A stretch of 64,000 nt of DNA, taken from NCBI GenBank assembly GCA_050014255.1, contig JBEKDR010000010.1:587-64586 (forward strand), written 5' to 3'. This DNA comes from Bacteroidales bacterium (GTDB lineage: Bacteria > Bacteroidota > Bacteroidia > Bacteroidales > VadinHA17). The notes below the pieces were generated by a model that saw only the letters and a list, made by a program, of their open reading frames with translations, was not told the DNA's origin and made no database searches. Made by a program: the position numbers and the translations under genes. Positions 43,917 through 52,600 of this stretch are shown piece after piece (the stretch's first letter is position 1; every line of letters starts with the position of its first letter).

Positions 43917-45167
43917 ATGAAACGAAATTACTACCTCGTCATTCTTATTTTCTTCATATTCTTTGCCATATCTTTTCTGACTAATATTTTGGGTTCAATT
44001 AATCCAAACGTAAGCGACAGTTTTTCCTTGAATGGAACAATGACCGGGTTGCTTCCGTTCTCATTTTTTATTGCTTATGCTTTAATGTCAATTCCTTCGG
44101 GAATGATAGTTCAGAAATATGATGAAAAGAAAAGCCTGGTTTTTGCCTGGGTTCTTGCCTTTTGCGGTGCTCTTTTGTTTTCATTCTTTCCGGTTTTTCC
44201 TGTGTTCTTATGTTCACTTTTTCTGATCGGATGCGGGATGGCCCTTTTACAGGTGGCTTTATTCCCTTTATTGAGAGTGACAGGAGGAGAGGAGCACTTT
44301 GCATTTAACAACCTTATTGTTCAGCTGGTTTTCGGAGGCGCCTCTTTCCTCAGCCCTTTTGTATATTCCTATCTGGTATCAAATCTTAATAATCAGCGTA
44401 TTGGTCAGGGATTCTTTATAAATTTCATGGCATGGCTCACGCCACATCACTTGCCGTGGGTTTCAATCTACTGGATTTTTGCTTTTATAAGTTTCCTGAT
44501 GATAGCAATTATTTTCCTGGTGCGTTTTCCAAAGGTTATAAGAATAGAAGATGAAATTGTAGGAGCATGGGAAACACACGTTGAGCTATTCGGACAAAAG
44601 ACTATATTATTATTTTTCCTTGGGATCTTTGCTTATGTCGGAACAGAACAAGGAATTGCAAACTGGATCTCCGAGTTCTTACGTACATATCATGGTTTTA
44701 AACCCGAAACAGAAGGAGCTGCGACAGTTGGCCTGTTCTGGGGCATGATGACTGTCGGTTGCGTTCTCGGATTAGTGCTGTTAAAAATTATTGACAGTAA
44801 GATTGTCCTGCGTATTTTTACATCTGCCGCGCTTGTCGTGCTGACATTTACCCTTTTTGGAAATGCAAAAATTGCTTTGTTTGGCTTCCCGGCCCTGGGT
44901 TTTTGCCTTTCGGTAATGTACGGGATCATTTTTTCACTTGCTCTTAACAGTGTTACCCGTTTTCATGGTTCCTTTGCCGGAATATTATGTACCGCAATCG
45001 CCGGAGGTGCAATATTCTCATTGCTTATCGGCAAGTTGAAAGATATGATAGGATTGCAGACAGGAATGATGATTTTGTATATACCTTTGGCATATATTCT
45101 GAGTTTAAGCTTCTGGGCAAAACCAATTGTTCAGAACGCTACAATAAGAAAAAAAATCACTAATTAA
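43917..45167 (+). CDS. MFS sugar transporter (FucP-like)
   Basis: 416 aa with 12 predicted TM helices. The context is sugar catabolism. Confidence 0.75.
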   Translation: MKRNYYLVILIFFIFFAISFLTNILGSINPNVSDSFSLNGTMTGLLPFSFFIAYALMSIPSGMIVQKYDEKKSLVFAWVLAFCGALLFSFFPVFPVFLCSLFLIGCGMALLQVALFPLLRVTGGEEHFAFNNLIVQLVFGGASFLSPFVYSYLVSNLNNQRIGQGFFINFMAWLTPHHLPWVSIYWIFAFISFLMIAIIFLVRFPKVIRIEDEIVGAWETHVELFGQKTILLFFLGIFAYVGTEQGIANWISEFLRTYHGFKPETEGAATVGLFWGMMTVGCVLGLVLLKIIDSKIVLRIFTSAALVVLTFTLFGNAKIALFGFPALGFCLSVMYGIIFSLALNSVTRFHGSFAGILCTAIAGGAIFSLLIGKLKDMIGLQTGMMILYIPLAYILSLSFWAKPIVQNATIRKKITN

Positions 45168-45184
45168 TTTAAAAATTAAAAACT

Positions 45185-45925
45185 ATGGAAAAAAAACTAG
45201 TTGACAGGCAAAAAAGGCCTTTCGTAACCGTCTCTGCTAAATTCTTTTTAATGTTTAGCATGATTGTGTGTTTGTTATTTCTTATGACAAAAAGCCTTTC
45301 AGCAGGTGCTGCTGATACAACTCAATGGAGACAATTGTTCAATGGGAAAGATCTGACTGGCTGGAAACAGGCAGGGCCTGGTTCTCACTATGTAGAAGAT
45401 GGATTTATTAAGTCAAAAGGAGGGATGGGATTACTATATTGGACAGGCGAGAAATTTGGAAATTGTGTTATCCGCGTTGTCTTCAGAATGCGTGATGAAA
45501 ACAGTAACTCCGGCGTTTTTATCCGGATCCCCTCAGTGCCAACTGAAGATAATATGATGCCAGTGAATACTGGTTACGAGGTTCAGATTGACAATAAACC
45601 TGAACTTTCAGGTGAAGATGATTATCACTACACAGGAATGTTATATTCACTTACAAAGCCTTTAGCAAAAACAGGGAAACCTGGACCTCAATGGAATACT
45701 ATGGAAATTACTTTGGACGGACCAAGGACAATTGTTTATCTGAACGGTGTGAAAGTAACTGATTTTAAAGAGGGGGATCCTGTACCAGCGAAGAAGTTCC
45801 CCTTCGAACCTGAACGTGGACCTCGTCCTGAATCAGGCTATATGGGTCTTCAGAATCACAGCGATAAAGATGTTGTATTTTTCAAGGAAGTTGCTGTAAG
45901 ACCTCTGAAAAAGGCAACAAAATAG
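45185..45925 (+). CDS. DUF1080 (3-keto-disaccharide hydrolase-like, concanavalin fold) secreted protein
   Basis: It has a signal peptide, then WRQLFNGKDLTGWK...YEVQIDN...GLQNHSDKDVVFFKEV, the hallmark DUF1080 pattern. Confidence 0.75.
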   Translation: MEKKLVDRQKRPFVTVSAKFFLMFSMIVCLLFLMTKSLSAGAADTTQWRQLFNGKDLTGWKQAGPGSHYVEDGFIKSKGGMGLLYWTGEKFGNCVIRVVFRMRDENSNSGVFIRIPSVPTEDNMMPVNTGYEVQIDNKPELSGEDDYHYTGMLYSLTKPLAKTGKPGPQWNTMEITLDGPRTIVYLNGVKVTDFKEGDPVPAKKFPFEPERGPRPESGYMGLQNHSDKDVVFFKEVAVRPLKKATK

Positions 45926-45973
45926 TTTACTGTGAGGGGTTAACTAAAAATTTAACCGACTAAAATAAAAACA

Positions 45974-47509
45974 ATGAAACATAAGACCAGGATATCCAAT
46001 GAGATTTCCAGACGGAATTTTGTAAAAACGGCTGCCTCCGGGGCAGCCGCTTTAACTATTCTTCCAAATTTCACAATAAGCGGACTGGGACATGTCAATC
46101 CCAGCGACAAACTGCTTATTGCAGCAGTAGGATGTGGCGGGGAGGCAGCCGATGACATCCGTCATTATGCAATCGCCCCTAAAAAAAATGCTGAAATTGC
46201 TTTTCTCTGCGATGTTGATGACAGACAGGCAGCGCCCCGGATCAAACAATTTCCGAAAGCCTCTTTCTATCACGACTGGCGCGAAATGTTCGATAAAGAG
46301 AGCAAAAATTTTGATGCGGTTACAGTAGCTATTCCTGACCACAATCATGCAATTGTAGGACTTAGTGCGATGCAGCTTAAGAAACACCTATATCTTCAAA
46401 AACCTCTTACTCACGATATCTATGAAGCAAGAATTCTGACGCAGGCCTCGGAGAAGTATAAAGTTGTTACTCAAATGGGTGATCAGGGTGCATCGTGCGA
46501 CGGTATGCGAACTCTGAGGGAGTGGATTGAAGCAGATGTGCTTGGTCAGATCGAAAAAGTCTTTTGCTGGACAGACCGGCCGGTATGGCCACAGGGAATT
46601 CCATGGCCGACTGTACGTCCTGCTGTGCCAAAGGAACTTAACTGGGACCTGTGGCTGGGTACTGCTGAAGAAACCAATTTTATTGATAATCTGGTTCCGT
46701 TTAACTGGCGAGGCTGGTGGCGGTTTGGTACGGGAGCCCTTGGCGATATGGGTTGCCATATTATCGGACCACCATTTAAATTACTTAATCTTGGATATCC
46801 TACAGAGGTATCGTGCAGCGCAAGCACTGTTTATAACGGTATTTTTAGGGAAGGACTTTATCCCGACAGCGGGCCTGTATCTAGTTCAATCCGTTTCAGA
46901 TATAAACTGAAAAATGGTAAAGATCTGGACCTTTACTGGATGGACGGAGGCATAACTCCGGAACGCCCAAATGAGATTGATCCTGATGTTAATATGAATG
47001 AAATACTCTGTGATTATCCGCTGGGGCTGAATGATTATGAAGGAGGAACATTGTTCATCGGAACAAAGGGTAAGGCAGCATGCGGCTGGGGCGGACGTAA
47101 TCCAGTACTTTTGCCACTATCGAGAAATAAAGAAATTTCTGTTCCGCAAAAATATGCTCGTATTGCAGGTGATATGGATGGTCACTGGTGGCAATGGATT
47201 GATGCATGCATTGCCGGCTATGGAAATGCAGAAGTTGATTCGCCTTTCGTAGGATATGCCGGTCCTTTGACAGAAACTGTTCTTATGGGGAATTTACTCC
47301 TGAGAAGTTTCAATATCCGTGAAAAAATAAGCAGAAAAGACCCGGTTTATGGCGAAATGGAAGGGTACACATTTCCCGGCAGATATATCAATTACAAATG
47401 GGATGGCGAAAATATGCGAATAACAAATTTTGAAAAGGCCAACCAGTTCGTAAAAAGAGAATACCGGAAAGGCTGGGGGGAAATAAAACTCAGAAGAATT
47501 TCTCGCTAA
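45974..47509 (+). CDS. Gfo/Idh/MocA-family oxidoreductase with twin-arginine (TAT) signal
   Basis: It has SRRNFVKTAASGAAALTILP (TAT signal), IAAVGCGGEA (Rossmann motif) and EKPLTH-type LQKPLTH. Confidence 0.8.
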   Translation: MKHKTRISNEISRRNFVKTAASGAAALTILPNFTISGLGHVNPSDKLLIAAVGCGGEAADDIRHYAIAPKKNAEIAFLCDVDDRQAAPRIKQFPKASFYHDWREMFDKESKNFDAVTVAIPDHNHAIVGLSAMQLKKHLYLQKPLTHDIYEARILTQASEKYKVVTQMGDQGASCDGMRTLREWIEADVLGQIEKVFCWTDRPVWPQGIPWPTVRPAVPKELNWDLWLGTAEETNFIDNLVPFNWRGWWRFGTGALGDMGCHIIGPPFKLLNLGYPTEVSCSASTVYNGIFREGLYPDSGPVSSSIRFRYKLKNGKDLDLYWMDGGITPERPNEIDPDVNMNEILCDYPLGLNDYEGGTLFIGTKGKAACGWGGRNPVLLPLSRNKEISVPQKYARIAGDMDGHWWQWIDACIAGYGNAEVDSPFVGYAGPLTETVLMGNLLLRSFNIREKISRKDPVYGEMEGYTFPGRYINYKWDGENMRITNFEKANQFVKREYRKGWGEIKLRRISR

Positions 47510-47631
47510 GTCGCAGAGACGCAAAGAATACCTTGAAGGCTTTGCGGCTTTGCGGCTTTGCGCGAAAAAATGTAAAAAATCCAATTGATTCTTTGCGACC
47601 TTTGCGCCTGCTTTGTGTACTTTGCGGTTAA
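47504..47631. repeat. CGCAAAG/CTTTGCG word-repeat block (second locus), ending in TACTTTGCGGTTAA 28 nt before the next start codon
   Basis: Read directly: cgctaagtcgcagagacgcaaagaataccttgaaggctttgcggctttgcggctttgcgcg...ttctttgcgacctttgcgcctgctttgtgtactttgcggttaa. Confidence 0.85.
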
Positions 47632-47659
47632 AAGGAATTTACTTTTAAATCAGTTTTAA

Positions 47660-48382
47660 ATGAAACAAATAATTTATAACGACTATACAGAATTATCAGT
47701 CAAAACTGCAGAGCAGATTGCAGCTATAATATCGAAAAAGCCCGCGGCTTTGCTATGTTTTCCTGCCGGTGAAACATCAGTAGGCACATTTAAGCATCTG
47801 ATTGAACTCAATGAGAAAGGAAAAATCAGTTTTAAGAAATCCAGAATAGTCGGCCTCGACGAATGGGCAAACATAGGATCAATGAAAAGCGAAAACTGTT
47901 TTTCATTCCTGAAAAAACATTTCTTTGATCATATTGACTTTTCAGAAGAGAATCTATGCTTTTTCGACGGCGAGTCTGCAGATCTTAAGAAGGAGTGCAT
48001 CAGGACTGATAATTTTATAAAGAGATATGGCCCAATCGATATGATTTTACTCGGAGCCGGAATGAACGGGCATCTCGGATTAAATGAACCGGGAACCTCA
48101 TTTGATCTTTATTCCCATATAGTGAATCTTGATGAGACTACTAAAATTGTAGGCCAAAAATATTTTTCAGGTAAAGTAAATCTTTTCAAAGGCGTCACCC
48201 TGGGATTAAAATATATGATGGAAGCTAAAACTGTGATTTTGCAGTTGAATGGCCACAGAAAAGCCGAGGTCGTCAAGCGATTGATAGATAGTGAAGCTTC
48301 TCCTGCTTTTCCTGCATCAGCCATAAAATTACACAAAAATTCCTTCTTGCTGCTTGATAAGGAAGCGGCTAAATTTCTTTAA
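47660..48382 (+). CDS. Glucosamine-6-phosphate deaminase / 6-phosphogluconolactonase family (NagB-like) protein
   Basis: 240 aa. It has CFPAGETSVGTF, GLDEWAN and LLGAGMNGHLGLNEPG, which parallel the NagB motifs. Confidence 0.7.
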   Translation: MKQIIYNDYTELSVKTAEQIAAIISKKPAALLCFPAGETSVGTFKHLIELNEKGKISFKKSRIVGLDEWANIGSMKSENCFSFLKKHFFDHIDFSEENLCFFDGESADLKKECIRTDNFIKRYGPIDMILLGAGMNGHLGLNEPGTSFDLYSHIVNLDETTKIVGQKYFSGKVNLFKGVTLGLKYMMEAKTVILQLNGHRKAEVVKRLIDSEASPAFPASAIKLHKNSFLLLDKEAAKFL

Positions 48383-48392
48383 TCCTTAGAAG

Positions 48393-49505
48393 GTGAATAA
48401 AAAAACCACTGATGCAATCCCTGAAATAGTATCTCATATTGGTCGGAACACGAGCACAGATATCAAAGCTTTTCTGGGGTTTGACGCTTGTATTGACTAT
48501 ATTATCCGTATTGTCAGAGAGAAAAAAGACAATGAGATAAGTGGTTATTTTACCAAAAGCAGCCAGTTTGGAGAGTTTCTGATCGGCCTCAATAATAAAA
48601 GTTGTGGAGTTGAGCTGCAGACCAAGCTATCCAAGATAGGCGGAAATATGGTTATCACGGCGAATGCCCTGGGTAATCTTGGTATTAATGTGGAATGCGT
48701 AGGAACCTTTGGCCTGCCGGATATTCTTCCGGTCTTCAGAAAAATGTCTGCGAACTGTTCACTTCATACTATAGCAGATACTATTTCAGCGACAGCTCTT
48801 GAATTTAATACTTCAAAGGTTATAATGTTTGATCCGGGGCCTTATAATAATCTTACCTGGGAAGGGATTAAAAGTATTTTGGGCCTTGAAAACATTAAAT
48901 CCTTGATTTCGGAGAAACAATTGATTGCATTTCTAAACTGGAGTGAGATAGAGCATTCTTCCCGGATATGGGATGGAATTCTGGAAGAGGTAATTCCTTC
49001 AGTTGTGAAGACCGGTCAAAAACCATTTTTTTTCACTGATTTTTCAGATTGCACCCGCAGATCGAAAAAGGATATTCAATATGCAATAAATCTCTTAGGC
49101 AGGTTCAGAAACTATTTTAAAGTCATATTAAGCCTGAACCAGAATGAAGCTGATCTGATTTCTAAAGCGCTGAATATGCCGGAACAAAGGTCTGATGAAG
49201 AATTTGTTAAAGAGATGTTCAAATTGTGTAATACCGATTTATTGATTATACATCGTACAAAAGATGCCCTTGGATATGATGGCTCGGCTTATGAGAAATG
49301 TGATACATTTTTCTGTAAAGAACCCAGGATACTAACCGGGGGAGGGGATAATTTCAATGCAGGATTCTGTTACTCGCTACTTAAAGATTTGAATCTCTTT
49401 CAATCCTTATTACTGGCAAATGCGGTTTCCGGATCCTATGTAGAAACAGGTATCAGTCCGGATGCAGAACAACTTAAAAAATTTCTTGAACAGGAATTGA
49501 AATAG
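48393..49505 (+). CDS. Ribokinase-superfamily sugar kinase, ADP-dependent-kinase-like
   Basis: 370 aa with a GTG start. It has GFDACIDY, IGGNMVITANALGNLG and TGGGDNFNAGF, which resemble ADP-PFK/GK family motifs. The substrate is unknown. Confidence 0.55.
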   Translation: MNKKTTDAIPEIVSHIGRNTSTDIKAFLGFDACIDYIIRIVREKKDNEISGYFTKSSQFGEFLIGLNNKSCGVELQTKLSKIGGNMVITANALGNLGINVECVGTFGLPDILPVFRKMSANCSLHTIADTISATALEFNTSKVIMFDPGPYNNLTWEGIKSILGLENIKSLISEKQLIAFLNWSEIEHSSRIWDGILEEVIPSVVKTGQKPFFFTDFSDCTRRSKKDIQYAINLLGRFRNYFKVILSLNQNEADLISKALNMPEQRSDEEFVKEMFKLCNTDLLIIHRTKDALGYDGSAYEKCDTFFCKEPRILTGGGDNFNAGFCYSLLKDLNLFQSLLLANAVSGSYVETGISPDAEQLKKFLEQELK

Positions 49506-49514
49506 GCAAGAATA

Positions 49515-49555
49515 GTTAGAAATACATTGAAATAAGTTGAAATACATTGAAATAA
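49515..49555. repeat. Two tandem copies of GTT(A)GAAATACATTGAAATAA in the spacer between convergent genes
   Basis: Read directly (49515-49535 and 49536-49555). GAAATAAGT (49529-49537) is complementary to ACTTATTTC (49563-49571). Confidence 0.8.
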
Positions 49556-49597
49556 AATTTCTACTTATTTCCACATATTTTTATTTATTTCTTCTCT

Positions 49598-52486
49598 TTA
49601 GAAAACAACATTCACACCAAAAGTAAACGACCTTGTTCTGGGCCATGAACTCAACCTGTCGACGCCAGGTACGAGAGGATTATTATAAGTTCCCATATCT
49701 GTTGCACTATCAACGTACCTTGGATTTGGATCTGAGCCTTTATATTTTGTAATATAAAATAAATTATTTCCTGCAAAATACACCCTGAGATTACTGAACA
49801 CTGAACCCTCAGGTAAACTAAAGTTATATCCTAAACTCATATTATCGAGAGAAACAAAAGAAGCATTCTCGACATCTAAATTGGTCATAGTCCCTGATGA
49901 GGAGGTCATCAGCGCACCCGTCGCAGCATTTCTCATTTCCATTACAGTATTTGGAACGTTATAAGAATAGATCATATTCGGCGCTTCATAAATGGCTCGA
50001 TAGGAGTTTATAAGGCTGTGTCCGAACACGCCACGGAAGAAAACATTCAAATCCCAATTTTTGAAGATAACCGTATTGCCAAATCCAAAAAGAAACTTCG
50101 GCAGTCCATTGCCAACTACCTGCATATCCCTGTTATCAATATAACCGTCACCATTTTTATCTGTCAATATCATTCTTCCGCTTTGATCAATTTCCTTGAA
50201 TACGTATGCCAGTATCTGACCTATCGGTTTGCCTTCCTCTACTCTTATCAACGGCATCCCGTTCCAACCGGGAGAACCTATACTGCCAAGATCCTGTATT
50301 CCAAATTTGAGGTCCGTCCCGTTATAAGTGCCTGAAAGAGAGACCAGTATATTCTTTAAGTTGACCGAAGGTGAAAGTGTTATGTTATAAGAAAGATCTG
50401 ATTTCTTAATTACATTATAGTTAATTGTGAACTCCAGGCCGCTGCTTCTTATTTTGCCAATATTCATCCATGCAGTATTATAAAGATTCGGAGGGACAGG
50501 GACAGGATATTGATACAATAAATCGGTTGTTGTGCTTGCATAGAAATCAAATGAACCGGATAGCCTGGATTTTAAAAGTGAAAAATCAAAACCCGCATCA
50601 AATTCACCTGTCTTTTCCCGCTTAAGATCGGGATTAGCATTATTTACAACTCCAAATTGCGGAATAATTTTCCCGTTGTAATTGTACGAGCTGTAACTGT
50701 TAAAACCGTTAAAAGTTCCCAAATTATCAAGGCGTTCCAGCGAGAGATAACTTTCCATGGGCTGATTTCCGGTTACCCCATAGCCTGCACGTATTTTCAG
50801 GTTATCAATAAAACTGACATTTTTAGCGATATTTAAGCCACCGCTAAATGCCGGGAACAATGTCCACTTATTGTTTGTACTAAACCTTGAAGAACCTTCT
50901 TTTCTTAAACTTACACTTAGGAACCATTTTTTGTTGAACTCAAGATTTGCACGTCCGAAAAAAGCAATAAGCTTATTTGAGTTTTTATAACTTGTCACTG
51001 TGCCTTTTCCGTTAGAAAAGTCCAGGGCAGCGCTCAGATTGTTGAAAGAAAATGCGTCTGTAAGAAAATTGCCTCCCTGTGCATAGAAACCTTCATTGGT
51101 AAAATCCTGGTACGAATAGCCACCCATAAGGTTGATGTTTAGGTTAAGGTTGAGGTTGAGAGGGGAGTCTATTTCTTTGTTAAACTGAGCAGTTGATTCA
51201 AAAAGACGGCTGACTGAATTATCTTCCTGCCTTGAAGCTAATCCATTTCTCCAAATTCCTCCCCAATAATCGTGGCTATCATAATATTGTCCGTCCAGGA
51301 TACCGTTATTCTCAGTGGAGTATAAAGCATCGAGGGTCAATCCATGCAGGATTTCATATGTACCCTTTACCGACAGGCTCATTATCCTGCTTTTTCCTTC
51401 ATTCTTATTTAATTCAATGATAGAAACGGGGTTATAATAATCGAATAAAGGCAGTTGAAAATAGCCATCATAATTTGAATATGCCGGATCACTGCTCTTT
51501 ACAGGAGCCGTAGGATTGTATATTGCGGCATATTTAAATGCAGCAGGAAAACCTAATTGAGATTCCCTTTCAGTGGCCCCAAGGTTCATATCCAGGGTAA
51601 ACCTGTCATTTAATGCCTTTTGAGTCAGATTTATCCTTCCATTGAGCTGAGTGTAACCGGTATTAATCTCAACACCTTCACCCTGACGATAATTGACTGA
51701 AGCCCGGTAACTCGTCTTGTCAGTCCCACCTGACAACGAAATATTGTGTACCTGCGAAACGGCTGTCTGTTCTATCTGATTGAACCAGTTGGTACTTGTT
51801 CCAAAATCAGTACCATAACCTGTTTCTGCAGACAATGCCCTCCATTCTTTTGCAGTCATTGCAGGTTCATTTTTGGCGACCATCTCTGCCGTTGCATAAA
51901 TATTATATTCAATGACAGCTGTTCCTTTTTTGGCCTTTTTGGTAGTTATCAGAATTACACCTTCTGAACCTCTTACTCCATATATTGCCGCAGCAGAACC
52001 ATCCTTCAAAACAGTTATAGATTCTATATCATTAGGATCCACGTTATCAGGAGAGGCTCCAACAGCACCATCAATTACCACTAAAGGCTGAGTATTTTCA
52101 TTAATAGTGTTCAAACCTCTTAAACGCATATAATATGATCCGTTCGGGTCGCCTCCGGCTTTGCTTATTGATAAACCTGCCACTTTACCCTGGATCAGCT
52201 GTAACGGATCGTTTATATTCCCTTTGTTGAACTGGTCAGACATAACCCTTGTTACTGAACTGGTAACTTCTCTTTGCTTCTGTATTCCATATCCAATATT
52301 CACAATTTCATCCGGGGTAACTTTGACTAATATGCGATCACCCGGGAGTGATTCATTCACTTCAGAAGTCAACCTGGCTGTAACTGATTTTTGCTGAGCT
52401 ATTACTAAAACAATAGGGGAGAAAATAAAAATAAAAGATAAGATGTATCTCTTTATCAGATAGACAGAATTCATAAGTGAACCCAT
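49598..52486 (-). CDS. SusC/RagA-like TonB-dependent outer-membrane receptor (paralog 3)
   Basis: 962 aa. It has a signal peptide, the TonB-box-like EIVNIGYG, the plug LIQGKVAGLSI...LRLRGLNTI...VIDG...VLKDGSAAAIYG and the C-terminal SWPRTRSFTFGVNVVF. Confidence 0.85.
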   Translation of the reverse strand: MGSLMNSVYLIKRYILSFIFIFSPIVLVIAQQKSVTARLTSEVNESLPGDRILVKVTPDEIVNIGYGIQKQREVTSSVTRVMSDQFNKGNINDPLQLIQGKVAGLSISKAGGDPNGSYYMRLRGLNTINENTQPLVVIDGAVGASPDNVDPNDIESITVLKDGSAAAIYGVRGSEGVILITTKKAKKGTAVIEYNIYATAEMVAKNEPAMTAKEWRALSAETGYGTDFGTSTNWFNQIEQTAVSQVHNISLSGGTDKTSYRASVNYRQGEGVEINTGYTQLNGRINLTQKALNDRFTLDMNLGATERESQLGFPAAFKYAAIYNPTAPVKSSDPAYSNYDGYFQLPLFDYYNPVSIIELNKNEGKSRIMSLSVKGTYEILHGLTLDALYSTENNGILDGQYYDSHDYWGGIWRNGLASRQEDNSVSRLFESTAQFNKEIDSPLNLNLNLNINLMGGYSYQDFTNEGFYAQGGNFLTDAFSFNNLSAALDFSNGKGTVTSYKNSNKLIAFFGRANLEFNKKWFLSVSLRKEGSSRFSTNNKWTLFPAFSGGLNIAKNVSFIDNLKIRAGYGVTGNQPMESYLSLERLDNLGTFNGFNSYSSYNYNGKIIPQFGVVNNANPDLKREKTGEFDAGFDFSLLKSRLSGSFDFYASTTTDLLYQYPVPVPPNLYNTAWMNIGKIRSSGLEFTINYNVIKKSDLSYNITLSPSVNLKNILVSLSGTYNGTDLKFGIQDLGSIGSPGWNGMPLIRVEEGKPIGQILAYVFKEIDQSGRMILTDKNGDGYIDNRDMQVVGNGLPKFLFGFGNTVIFKNWDLNVFFRGVFGHSLINSYRAIYEAPNMIYSYNVPNTVMEMRNAATGALMTSSSGTMTNLDVENASFVSLDNMSLGYNFSLPEGSVFSNLRVYFAGNNLFYITKYKGSDPNPRYVDSATDMGTYNNPLVPGVDRLSSWPRTRSFTFGVNVVF

Positions 52487-52600
52487 ATCCCGGTTTATTA
52501 GGTTTTATTTATCAGGCTATTCTAACGAAAACAAATGATCAACTTTATATCAGGAAAAGTTTAGTAGTTCACTAAGTTAATATTTTTTTTCTTTTCCAGA

